In this document: one piece after another, positions 10,074 to 22,335 of the stretch
Layout of the letters: each line of letters starts with the position of its first letter
Position numbering within the stretch: position 1 is the stretch's first letter
Source: Proteromonas lacertae
Lineage: Eukaryota
Direction: 5' to 3'
DNA: 64,000 nt
Assembly (NCBI GenBank): GCA_002245135.1
Contig: NGBS01000001.1
Location: 372,001-436,000 of the forward strand
The notes under the pieces: generated by a model
What the model saw: only the letters and a program-made list of their open reading frames with translations
What the model was told of the DNA's origin: nothing
The model's database searches: none
Program-made: the position numbers and the translations under genes

Positions 10074-13000
10074 ATGTTTCCTAAAACTGGTATTGATGCT
10101 GATTATTATTTGCATTAGGAAGAGCATTAGTGAAGCAAGTACTATCAGGTGATACTGTTGTACTACTTCGTCAACAAGTATAAGCATTTTTTGTGTTTAT
10201 TATTCTAGGATGGTAAGCCAATTGAGCTTCAAATGAGTTTATCTTCCATTGTAGCACCAAAGATTGCACGTGGACCAGATACAGAAGAAGAACCTTTTGC
10301 TTTTCAAAGTAGAGAATTCTTAAGAAAGTTAGTTATTGGTAAAAACATCACATACAAAGTTGAATACAAAGTAGAAGCTATTAAAAGAACATTTGGAGCA
10401 TTGTATTTGGATGAAAGTGTTGTGAAGAAGATAGTTAGAGAAGGATGGGCTAGTGTAAGAATTGACAAAACCAACAACAAGAGTGGAAGAAGTGAAGATT
10501 ATGAAGAATTACTGGAATTAACAGATTGTGCAAAATATCAAAAGAGTGGTATTTTTGGTGATTTATCCTCAGGAAGACGTCAGATGAAATGGATGTTACC
10601 AGATCCAATGCAATTCTACAAAGATATCAAAGGAATTCCTCAATATGGTATAGTAGAATATGTAAGAGATGGAAGTAGTTTTAAAGTCTATTTACCTCTT
10701 CATTCAATGTTAATTACATTAAATTTAGCAGGTGTAATCTGCCCACAAATAAACAAACGAAATGAATTAGGTGATTTAGTACCAGAACCATACTCAGTAG
10801 AAGCTAGATATTTCAGTGAATTAAGAGTATTGAATAGAGATATATTAGTGTATATTGAAGGAGTTGATAAGAATGGTAATTTTATTGGATCATTTGAACA
10901 TCCTTGTGGTAATTTATCTGAGGAATTATTAAAAGCTGGTTTAGGTACTATTACAGAATGGTCTATTCAATTTACTAATGCAACTAATGTAACTGCTTTA
11001 AGGAGAGGACAACAATATGCTAAAGATCATAAGATGAGATTATGGAAGAATTATGTATTTATATATATATATATATAACTATTATAAAATGATGTTATGT
11101 TATATATGCGAACAGGGCAGGGTCAGATCTCCGTGATGGGAGTTAAATGCTGTGAAAATCGCATCTGATTATATATATATATCTTTATCTCTCTTTATAT
11201 ATATATTACCTAAGTGATTAATATATTGCGAAACGGGCGGTCTTATCTATTTGAAATGCTGTGAAATCGCAAATGATAAAATCTATAAATATTCTATATT
11301 ATTATTCATTAATTCTTATATATATATATTCAATAGGTTGCTCCAGTAATAGTTGGTGCTACTGATTTCACAGGAATAATCTCTGAAATCTTAAATCCAG
11401 ATTGCTTAATAATCCTATGTGGAGATAATCCAGATTCACCAATTAGAAAGATCTATTTATCCAGCGTAAAAACACCCAAAGCATTACCAGATGGTCCAGA
11501 GCCTTATTACTATGAAGCTAAATCATTAGTTAGATCAAAATGTATTGGTAGAAGAGCTGATATTCATATTGATTATACTAGAAAAATGGAACAGAAAGAT
11601 GGCACAGTACAAGAGAGATATTATGCAACTGTATTACTAATAGATAATAGCAGTCTAAATATTGCTGAAGAATTATGTTCCAAAGGTTTAGCAAGTGTTA
11701 TTCATCATAGACAAGATGAAGAAAGATCCTCTAAATATGACTCATTAGTTGCTGCTGAAGATGATGCTAAAAGAAATCATAAAGGAATGCATAGTAACAA
11801 AGAACCACCATCTGTACATATTAATGATATATGTGGTAATCCATCCAAAGCTAAACAAATGTTCTCTTTCTTAGAGAGAAAGAAGACAATGAATGCTGTT
11901 GTAGATTATTGTTTTAGTGCTTCAAGATTTAAGTTACATATTCCAAGTGAGAATTGTGATATTATGTTTTCATTAAGTGGTGTAAAGTCTCCTAATCCTC
12001 CAAAGACTATTAAAGGTAAAGATATTGAAGGAGAACCATTTGGATTAGAAGCTTTGAATTATACAAAGTTTTATATTAATCAACATGATGTAGAAATAGA
12101 AATTGAATCAATTGATAAGAATGGATTATTCTTAGGTAATTTAGCATTCTACAATAATACAATTCAAGTTAGTAGTGGTAAGAAGAGACAAAGGGAAATC
12201 TTATCAATCTTATTATTGAAACAAGGTTATGCTTCAACTATAAGTTATACCATTAATAAAGTAAGAGATAGAGAAATGCTATTAGGAGCAGAAAAACATG
12301 CTCAAGATTTACACTTAGGTATTTGGAAGGATTATAATCCATCAACAGCAGCAGCTATTTCATCACCTACAAGATTAAACGATCAAGTAATTAAAGGAAA
12401 AGTAACTGAGGTAGTTGATGGTAAACACTTTTATATTATGCCATTAGAGAATAATATCAGAGAGATTGAAGATATGATGAATAGATTTGGTAAAGATGTC
12501 GGTATTCATTCATGTAGTGAAATCTGTATAAAATTAAAGAAAGGAACAAGATGTTTATCTTTATATGATGATAATACTGGATTGAAATGGTATAGAGCTG
12601 TTTTAATAGATTACAATTTGAGTAAAAATCAAGGAACTATTTTCTATGTTGATTATGGTAATACATCAACAACCTCTTTAATCAACTTAAGACCTTGTGA
12701 AAATGAACATTTCAAATATCCATACCAAGTTAGGCAATGTGAATTAAGTGGTGTATTATGTCCTGATGTTGATAAAGAGTTTGGAGTGGAATGTGCTGAA
12801 TATTTAAGTAGTTTGATTTATGATAGAGAAATTATTGTGAAAATGTTAAATAGAAATGAACCCTATGAGACTATTGTTTATACTGATGGTGATAATAAAA
12901 TTATTAATGAAGAAATGATCTTACAAGGATTTGGTAGATATTATAAGAAGATTGAAAAGAGATATCCAAGTGAAAGAGAGATTTGGGCAAGATTAGAAGA

Positions 13001-13088
13001 TGCACATTATGATGTTGCTAAGAGTCGTTTGAATTTATTCAGATATGGTGATTTAGGCTTTGATGACGATGATGATGAAATATTCTAA
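10074..13088 (+). CDS. SND1: Tudor staphylococcal nuclease (SND1/Tudor-SN), 4 exons
   Basis: VKQVLSGDTV, EPFAFQSREFLRK, VEYVRDGS, repeated SNase domains, Tudor WYRA...YVDYGN, terminal YGD. Introns near 10090-10118, 10178-10208 and 11055-11336. Confidence 0.93.
11083..11173 (+). ncRNA. Intronic box C/D snoRNA, copy 1
   Basis: C box ATGATG (11089), D' CAGA, C' GTGATG, D box CTGA (11165-11168), terminal stem TATAA/TTATA. The D' guide AGGGCAGGG is complementary to the conserved 18S sequence CCCUGCCCU. Confidence 0.8.
11210..11280 (+). ncRNA. Intronic box C/D snoRNA, copy 2 (SNORD43/snR70-like guide)
   Basis: Variant C box GTGATT (11214) and D box ATGA (11273). The guide ACGGGCGGT is complementary to the conserved 18S sequence ACCGCCCGU. 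Shares GCGAA and AATGCTGTGAAA(A)TCGCA with copy 1. Confidence 0.72.
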
Positions 13089-13170
13089 AATCACTATCTC
13101 CTAAATCTGTATTTTGTGTGTGTGTTTTGAGTATAAATACATAACATAACAATAATAATAAAAAGCAAAA

Positions 13171-14838
13171 TTAAAAGAATGAGCAAAAACTATTCAATTC
13201 GATTAAATTATCTTCTTCTGTTTGACAGGTAACTGTTTCTTTAACCACTTTTGGAGCTAATGGTCTGTATTCTTTCTTCATACCCATCAAATATGTTCCA
13301 GCAGATCCAAAAATCTCTAAATCCTTGTTCAATTGTCTTCCAACTCCTTCTAAAAGAACAATACTAGTAAACAAATTAACAAATTTACTGTCCAAAGTTA
13401 CACTATGTCTACAACAAGATGACATTACTTGACTTAAAACTGCAGCAATTTGAATCCTTGAAATTAAAAATTTCTCATCTTCTTTACAATTCTCACTTAT
13501 CTGTTGCATTTCTTCACAAAACCCGACAGGATCAATTACTGGACAACTATTTGGCGGTTTTCTTTCAATTAACAATACACCACATCCATATCCATCTCCT
13601 TCATCTAATTTAACAAATAAATCAATAAAATTCTTTCTTTGAGTAGCAGCTAATGAAAAAACAATCCCTGCATCAATTACACTCAAATGTGGTTGATTTG
13701 TTTCTTTATTGATTCTGATAATGATATTTCCTGGATGTAAATCACCATGAACAAAATTATCAACTAATAACATCTTCAAATAACCTCTTAATCCAATATT
13801 TGATATTGCCACATCATATTTTGATGGAATTGTCTGTAAATAATTCGATAATAATTGTCCTTTTTCAAAACTTTCAACTAATACAGTTTCTGTACAATAA
13901 TCAGTATATGGTTTTGGAAAAGATATTGTTTTATCATTAGCAAAATTTTGAGTGAATTTCTCCAAGTTATTTGCTTCATTTCTCAAATCACATTGCAACA
14001 TCATTGATTTAGAAAATTGAATACACATATTCGGTAGATTCAATACTCCCATATAAGGTAAATAATCCAGAAGACAAGCACAAGTATACATTATGTATAA
14101 ATCTCTATTTACTATTTCTTTTATATCTTTTCTTAACACTTTTATGGCTACATCTTCTCCTGTTGATACTAATTTTGCTTTATATACAGAAGCAATACAT
14201 CCAGAGCCAATTGGAGTTTCATTAAAATCAGAAAATATATCGCTTAATTTACTGTTAAATTGTTGTTCGATTATTTTCTTACTGTATTTTATTTTTTCAT
14301 TTTTTACTTTTGCTTGCAATGTGCTTAATAATTTAATGAGTGTTGATGAAAATAAGTCAGGACGAGTTGAAGCCCATTGACCTAATTTGATAAAAACTGG
14401 TCCAGCATTATGAACTTCCCAAACTAGTAATTTGTACCAATATTTTGATAGAATTGGTAAAAATAACATTGGTGATGTTATTACTACTGGTCCAAAATAT
14501 ATAACTAAATGAAAGAATCTAAACCAAGTTCTAAAAAAGCTGTATATTCTTTTAAATATCCCACATATAAAGGAGAATATACTAAATGTTTCTTCTGTTG
14601 TTGGTTCTTCCAATAAAGGCATTATATCAGAAGGAGGTGGATGTGAGATGTGTTGTAATATTGGTTTTGTTTGGATTTTGGCATTACTTGGTTTGTGAAT
14701 TGCATATAAGAGAGTTGGTCCAAGAACAATTGAGGACGAACAGATCTTTGTGGATGGCTTACGAAATAAAATAGGATTCTTTAAGAATATATTAGGTTTA
14801 AAATTGTGAAATAATATTCTAGTTCTTGAAAAGAACAT
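13171..14838 (-). CDS. ABC1/UbiB atypical kinase (ADCK2-like), probably organelle-targeted
   Basis: GPVFIKLGQWASTRPDLF, PIGSGCIASVY, VAIKV, FVHGDLHPGNI, IDAGI. Basic N-terminal presequence. Confidence 0.9.
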   Translation of the reverse strand: MFFSRTRILFHNFKPNIFLKNPILFRKPSTKICSSSIVLGPTLLYAIHKPSNAKIQTKPILQHISHPPPSDIMPLLEEPTTEETFSIFSFICGIFKRIYSFFRTWFRFFHLVIYFGPVVITSPMLFLPILSKYWYKLLVWEVHNAGPVFIKLGQWASTRPDLFSSTLIKLLSTLQAKVKNEKIKYSKKIIEQQFNSKLSDIFSDFNETPIGSGCIASVYKAKLVSTGEDVAIKVLRKDIKEIVNRDLYIMYTCACLLDYLPYMGVLNLPNMCIQFSKSMMLQCDLRNEANNLEKFTQNFANDKTISFPKPYTDYCTETVLVESFEKGQLLSNYLQTIPSKYDVAISNIGLRGYLKMLLVDNFVHGDLHPGNIIIRINKETNQPHLSVIDAGIVFSLAATQRKNFIDLFVKLDEGDGYGCGVLLIERKPPNSCPVIDPVGFCEEMQQISENCKEDEKFLISRIQIAAVLSQVMSSCCRHSVTLDSKFVNLFTSIVLLEGVGRQLNKDLEIFGSAGTYLMGMKKEYRPLAPKVVKETVTCQTEEDNLIELNSFCSFF

Positions 14839-14947
14839 TTTATTCAAATGTTGCTTGACAGTAATCAAACCTATACATATTTTTTTCTCCTCAAAAAAAA
14901 CAAGATTAGAATATTATAAAACCTAATTCACTAAATTAAATTTCCAT

Positions 14948-16629
14948 TTACCTCGTGGATCTTAATCTAAGCATTAATATATACTTATGGATAAGATGCA
15001 AGAATAATCCGATTATTAACACTCCAATGATGAAGTAAAACTGTAAATTACTATTTTTTGCATAATTCTGTTGCGATAAACTACAATTATCATCAGATAT
15101 TGTATTGTACAGTAGTAATTGACAAGATTGTGACAATGTCTTTCTATCAATTTTAAATAAGTCATTAATTTGATTCTCAAATGGTTTTGACATAAAATCC
15201 ATAGCAATTGTTCTATTAAATTTAATAATATCATTATAGCAACTGTAATGATAGCTTAATTGCCTTAATAACAGTTGATATATCATGAGTTTTTCTCCCA
15301 ACATACTTGTATAAGAATCACTTCTCTTTGATTCAATATACACAAATATAATCATTACTATAAACAACAAAGCAATAATTGGTAATAAAGGAATTAAATA
15401 ATTCGCTTCACAACAAGATTTATACCTCTTTTCATCACCATAATAATCCTTAATATCACTTGTTTGTAATTTAGTCTTAGTATTTTCTTTTGTCATTACT
15501 GTAGTAGTAATATTTGTTGTTGTAGTATGTATTTGTGAAGGAGGAGGACTTGATTTAAGAAATGTATCAGGTATCACTGTAATATTCGAAGATGGAACTG
15601 ATAATTGTTGTAGTTGTTTCTGTTTTGCTAAATATGGACATTTCTTTATTGGAGATTCTTCATTACTATCACTATCATCATCCATCGGCAATAATGAACT
15701 AATCATTACTATAATATTTAGACATTGGACATTTTGCTGCTTCTATATTACTGATATCATCCAATTCATCAAAAATATTCACTGTTTCTGGAGATGAAGA
15801 TGATGTAGGTGAAGATGAAGATGAAGGAGAAGATAAAACATTATTACTATTGCTATTGTTTATATTATCTAATGTTAGAGTATAATTCTCTTCTACTTCT
15901 TCTTCATCATCATTACTGTTATTATTATTATTATTATTATTATCAAATGGAGGTAATATATCTTCTGTTTGTTGTATTAATTTCATTAATTGAGATTGTT
16001 TGTATATATTAAATGAATTCTTTTGTTTTTGACTTACAAACTCTTGCCCTGTTGATGGAGTTCTTCTAGAACAACGTATTTGAAATGGAGGTGATTGTAT
16101 TCTTGTGACACATTGAAATAATCTTTTAGATTTATCAACTGGAGTTACAAACATAAACAAAAAAACAATGACAATTATAATCTTGGTTTTTGGATGTTTT
16201 GTATGGATAATTCCATGCTTTCAACTCTTTATTTACATGTACTTCATATCTCCATATGTTCTCATCAAGCATGTCTTTATTAGCCACTGTCCCATAATAA
16301 AATCTTCTGTAAGAGTTTTTTGAAAACAATTCATCTGTAGATATTAGGTCTTGTGGTTTTAAAGAAATATTATTCTTGAGAATTGAAGAGAATTCTCCAA
16401 CAATTAGGTAAGGGAATTCTTCATAATCAAGGTTAGTGAGTATTTCCACTTTTACCATTTCTCCGCAAAAGCCTCCTGACTAAATGATAATATTATATTC
16501 TTATTATAATACTCTATGTACACCGTTTGAGTGATTTGGGAAGCATAGTACGTTCTTAACCATATCAGACTTGTTATTTCGTCTGTAACTCTGACACCAT
16601 AATATAGATGGCGAAAAATATAATTCCAT
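14948..16629 (-). CDS. Hypothetical protein: globular Cys/His N-terminal domain, low-complexity linker with two KCP motifs, two TM helices
   Basis: Spliced from ATG 16629 (MELYFSPSILWCQSYRRNNK...) through ORFs 16135-16458, 15699-16160 and 14948-15706. Two junctions are ambiguous. Confidence 0.55.
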
Positions 16630-16682
16630 GTGTGAAAAGAAAAAATGAGAAAAAACAAGTCAAACAAGTATTCAAGCTTATA

Positions 16683-17411
16683 TTAATCTAAAATATCATC
16701 TAACCATTGCTCCAGATCTTCTGTTTCATCTTTACCTTCTATATACATAATATAAAAAAAGAATACCTGGTTCTTTTACATTCTCTACCTTCTTTTCATC
16801 TTTTTCTTTCTCATTTAATTCATTATCTTTAGTATCTTTCACAACTGTGTTTATACTGATTAAATTATCTTTATCATTCACTTTATTTGTTTTTAGAGTG
16901 GTATTTATTGATTGAGATGAAGTAAGTATTTGTACAGGAGGTGGATTAGGTTTATTCATTGAATAATTATTAATTTGATCTTCATTTACATAAATAGGAT
17001 TAATATCCAGTATTTTAGATAATGGAATATTTTTTGTTTTATTAGTTAATATTCTTAGATTCTAAGTTGTTTAATTGATAGAAATATACAAGTATTGTTC
17101 TTGAATCTGTATTTGGATGTTCTGGTAGTTTTTTATTAGATGAAAATGCTAATGAATCTACATTATCATAACTTATTATCGATATATATACCATTCCAGT
17201 TAATATTCGTTATTTTATCATCATTATCTTCATCAATTTCTGCATATCGTGATTCATTGCTTTCTAACTCTATAGGTTTTGGTTTTGGCTTTATTTCTAT
17301 TATTTGCGGTTATAATAAAGATTATATACCATTTTCATCTTTATGATTTTGATTATAATGTGAATATTTCTTTTTCTGAGCTCTAAAGTTTTTAGGATCG
17401 AATTTATGCAT
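16683..17411 (-). CDS. Hypothetical protein, multi-exon
   Basis: ATG 17411 (MHKFDPKNFRAQKKK). Joins ORF 16732-16959 via short introns and ends ...WLDDILD*. Confidence 0.5.
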
Positions 17412-17459
17412 GATTATATAATATAGGCTTGATTCTAAACTTGATATAAATTATTTTTT

Positions 17460-17943
17460 ATGAGTGAGAAGCCTGTGGTGGTTAAATTTGTTGATCCATC
17501 TGAAAATAGAAAAAGAAATACATCTGTCAATAAGAAAAATGTATTGAAATGTTGATATATTAATTATATAGAAAGATGAATTGAAAACAGCTCCAGTTAA
17601 GCGAAAATCAGGTTTATTATTCAGTGAAGATGGACAGGGATTAGATATCAACAATTTATATAAAGATGTAGAAGGTGCTGCACATCAAGATTTAAAGAAA
17701 TTCAAAAAACATCAATATGAAATGTCTAAATTGGGAATAACAGTAAAAGACAATTATAGACGTCCTTTAGACATGTTGATAGGAATGAGAAAGAAACAAA
17801 AAGAAAGAATTCAGCATGCTGTTGATAGCGCAAAACAGAGTGGTAGAGTATTACCTATTGGATTTGATAAAATATTGAAAAAACCAAGAAAGCCAAGAAA
17901 GAAAGCAAAAACTGATGATAATCCTTTAAAGACTTTTAAATAG
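17460..17943 (+). CDS. Small basic protein resembling the Faf1/C1orf131 40S assembly factor
   Basis: Two exons (MSEKPVVVKFVDP...|KDELKTAP...). LG...PLDMLIGMRKKQKER motif, Lys-rich. Confidence 0.55.
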
Positions 17944-18015
17944 CCATCATTTATCGTATTATAGTTTTATTTTTATTTCAAACAATAACAAAAAAGAAAT
18001 AAAACTTAAAAATAA

Positions 18016-21000
18016 TTAAGGTTTTCTGTTTCTAAAAGAAATTACAGATCTAGCTTTCTTAAACGATAATCTTGTACTACCAGAATACACCGAACTAGCT
18101 CTTCTAGCGGGTCTACCATACGAATTCTTAATGACTTTGCAATTAATCTTATCTATTGTGATTTGACCATTATAGGTTCTATCTCTTCTTCTATCACTAT
18201 ACCACTTCCTTGACAAATCATAAACACTATAAATATGTCTAACATAATGATATAATTCGGGAATCATATCAACATTAATAGGTGTTATGTGTAAGGGAAG
18301 TGGAGTTTTATAATCATAAAATAACATATAAACCTGATAACTATACAAATATAACAATAATATATATACATTAATCTTCTAGCATAACAATCAGATTTAA
18401 AATGTTCATTCAATAAATACCACATCATATTGGCAATTTCAATACTCTTCATATCATTTCTACCTTCTTCTTTATTCAATTCTTTTGCTATTTTTAGATT
18501 AAATGTTTGATAGAATGGATCAATAAATCGTCTATATGGATATTTATATATATTCACATTCATTACACCAGCAAGTTGTTCTAAAGCAGTATATTTCACT
18601 TCAAAGTTATTTTCATTTTTTATAAAGTTCAACACATACAACAGGCTTTCTTTTGCTACTTCTATATCATTATATCCAAACCAAATATTTAGTCGAATAT
18701 ATGATTCAATAGCAGCAGATCTAATACAAGGGGGATTTAAACTATCTAAAAATCTACTTATATTAACAATATCAATTGAATCATCACATAAACCACCTAA
18801 AATATATAAAATACAATAACAACGCAAAGCTGAACATATATCTTCATTGTAATATAGTTTATCAATATCATAACTTTGTAAATACCTTACAATTTGTATT
18901 TCTATTCGTTTATAATCAGGTTGTGGTGGATGAACTGATGTTATTGATTGTAATAAAATACTTATAAATGGTTTCATATTAATCGAATAATCATCAACTA
19001 TAAACTGTTCTGAAATTGATAGTAATATATCCGATATGATTTGTGGATGTAAATTATCATTTTTACATTTAATCATCGTGAGTGATATAATATAAGCTTT
19101 TTGAAGTATATAAATATCGATTGAATATTGATTATTATTATTGTTGTTATTGTTTCTATTATTATTAAATGGTTGAAATAATTCTTTACTTAGCAATTCA
19201 ATTTTATCATAATAGTTTATTTCTACTTCTGATGCATTTAATGGTGATATATTATAATAATATGCAGCTAAACAGAATATAGCTTCAGCTCTGAGTTCAG
19301 TTATTTGACTTTTATCAATTATAAATGTATATAATTCCTCAGCTACTTTGGGTTGCTTTATTCTGCTCAAACATCTCAATGCCTCTATCTTTGTTAATGG
19401 ATCGTTGTTGTTGTATAGCTGTTCACTCCACATCTATATATATATAAACATAAATAATAAAATTAAATAAATATATACATAATAATTTGGTTGTCCATTT
19501 TGTCTATTATCAGTTGTTCTTGTCATTAGCATTTTCTTATTTATTACTCTTGGCCAAGTCATTAATGGATCTAATAGTACATATTTCACTATTGTTTCTG
19601 ATTTTGGCTTTTTCATTCTATTTTCACCATTTTGCGATATGTTCAAATCATTAGTAGAAGATGACATATTCGTATTTGAAGAGTCTGATAAACCAGGATG
19701 AGAAGCATAAGATGATTCAGATATTAAACCAACTTTACTATAATTATAAACACCTGATGTCTCTTTAATAGATAGTGAAAATGTACCAATAAATAATGTG
19801 TTAATATCGCCATTAGTTGGTTGTTTTGGATTAAATATTAGTTTGTGGTTCTTTGAATCATAAAATGTGGAAAATTCCAAGATTGGAGTTCCACTATCAA
19901 ATATAAATTGTCTACTGAAATTATTAACTATATCTCTTCCTTGACTGTTTGATTCAATAAACGTAAGAAATGAATGAGTGATTAATAACCTTGGGAAATC
20001 ACTATCACTTTTTAATAATTCACTTTCATCTAAATTTGATGGTTTTACTAGTGTTAATGGATTGATTTCTTCTAATACGAATTGATATGGTAATTTATAA
20101 AATTGTGGGTTGATTATTGTGGAATAATAGCAATTGTATATTGGATCATAAACAACATTATCTAAAACTAATTATATATATAATAATATAATATAATATA
20201 CTCTCATAGTTATCATCTACAGGTAAGTTATTATTTGGTGGTTTTATTGTATTCATACATACCTTAATCTCAGGTTCTAATACAGAAAGTAAAGAATCTA
20301 TTTCTATTCTTTCTTTATTAATATAACCATATGATTGAGTAATCATAAATTTCAATATTTTTGTAAATATATCAGGTGTAATTTGATTGGACAAACATGT
20401 CACAATTAATGCACTTTTTGCTGTAATATATTGACAATGTTCAAATGAATTATCCATTAATATAGCTGATTTCACTGGAACTAATGGTCTCTTCAATTCC
20501 TGCTCATAATACTGTATAAAATCAATCAAATATTGAATATGTAATAATCTTTGAGTAGCACCTCTTTCACCTCCAATTAATTCACTAATGTAATAAGAAC
20601 TAAGATATGAATTTATTCCAATAGCTATCCATTTATCATTCCAAATACAATTGTTTATTAGAAATCCAAACCATAATGATGCTGCTTCCATACTGATTAG
20701 TGATCTAAATTCATATTCTCCATCTACTGTGGTATTAGATGTTAATAATGTAGAGTTTAGATAGATTATATTCGAATTACTTGTACATTTACATGGTAAA
20801 TTATATACATAAACCAATGTTAATGGTAATTTCAAATCATCCATAATTGTTGGATATTCGATTTTTAAGAAGTTTAAATAGAAACTAATCACATCAATTA
20901 ATACTTCATATCCTTTCTCTATATCACTCTTAAATCGATCACATGGTAGTACGCAGACGTTAAGATATGGGAAATCGATATTGTGATTGATGAATTCAAA

Positions 21001-21882
21001 TGGACCAATTGTAATAGAGATACAGGATGGATGTGTTGGTATTGGGAGATTATAAACATAGATTATTTTATCATCATCTATGCTATTCAGTAAATCTACT
21101 AATATCCCTGAACAAATGCATTTCATGCTTCGTGGTACTGTTATGTAAAATTCCCATTCATATCTACTGCCAATATTGTCACAACATGGTATCCACATTC
21201 GTGTATTACAATTAAGTGAATCATTTGAATCTGTACTGTAACTTGGTATATTTGAATATAAATGAGGTGGATAATTAGATGATGAATTAGAATCTTCGTT
21301 TCCTTCAACATATAATATTCCATTACCATTATTTGTCCAATTTACTTTATATTCTACTCTAATTAATAATGGAAGATTGATATAACTAGGATATGATTTT
21401 TCAACTGTTTCTTTACGTTTTTGGAGGTATTCCTGTCCATGTGAGTAATGATCGAGTATTGAAGGGATGTCAATAACTAACTCCCCAAAATTTGATACAT
21501 CCATTTCACCTCTAATATGACTATAGAATGAACGCAAATCTGGTGAATTTTCTGGAACAACTTTCTCAATGTAAGGATACAAACAGAATCTAGTTTCAAG
21601 CTATTTTCAAAATAGAGAAATAATGTTATACTCCATTGACTTTTACTTTTAAAACTTCACAACACCTGCAATTGAGATGAATTTGGTGCATGTTTGTAAT
21701 AAATGGACTTAAATATATTTCTGTGTATCCTACAAAGCATTTCTTAGAAAAATCTGAATTATTAAACTGTTAGAATCTATACCTGCTTCTAATACAACTC
21801 TTTGCTTCAATATTCGATAACCACTTTGCGATTTTGGACGTTTCACTGATTGATCAATATGACCAGCAGCATTATGATCCAT
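18016..21882 (-). CDS. TAF2: TFIID subunit 2 (M1 aminopeptidase-like fold), multi-exon
   Basis: Spliced N-terminus QRVVLEADFSKKCFVGYTEI...IHLNCR, RMWIPCCD, WEFYITVP, IGPF, WFG...WND.W..G, MWSEQL...D, HEAT-like C-terminus. No HEXXH motif, as expected for TAF2. Confidence 0.8.
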
Positions 21883-22335
21883 AATAATGCTACAGTATTG
21901 AGAAAACAAAGAAAATATTAAAAATAATTTCAAACCTGTTTGAGTAATGTGATGGAATGAGGATATTATTGGTGTTTATAAAGTATGTATTATACAAAAT
22001 ATGCTCATTCAAGACGAAAAGAGTGAAAAAGAAAGATATGATTCAATCTAATGACAATGAAGTGAATATAGGTCAGTCAAAAAATTACCACATGCTTATC
22101 TATAACATTTACATGTTAGTGTAAAAAGTTCTAAGTGATTGACCCTGATAATAGTTTCTACATTACACCAGATACATGTACAAAATATATATAAATAAAG
22201 AACAAGTGTAAATAAAATCAACACAGAAATACAAATAAAATTCTGTATGTATAAAGTGTAAAGTAGGAAATACTTCGATTTTACATTAAAACAAGCTTGT
22301 TCTAAACTACTCAATCAAACAAATAAATCATTTCA

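Noticed and set aside
11115..11272. Intronic repeats as a ribozyme, riboswitch or CRISPR-like array
   Set aside because: Only two copies. C/D boxes and 18S complementarity explain them, and there are no cas genes or catalytic core motifs.
14860..14960. Possible read-through or splice fusion of the upstream TM gene into the ABC1 kinase
   Set aside because: A TAA lies in the kinase frame within the spacer, the tested splice gives a different frame, and the kinase has its own presequence.
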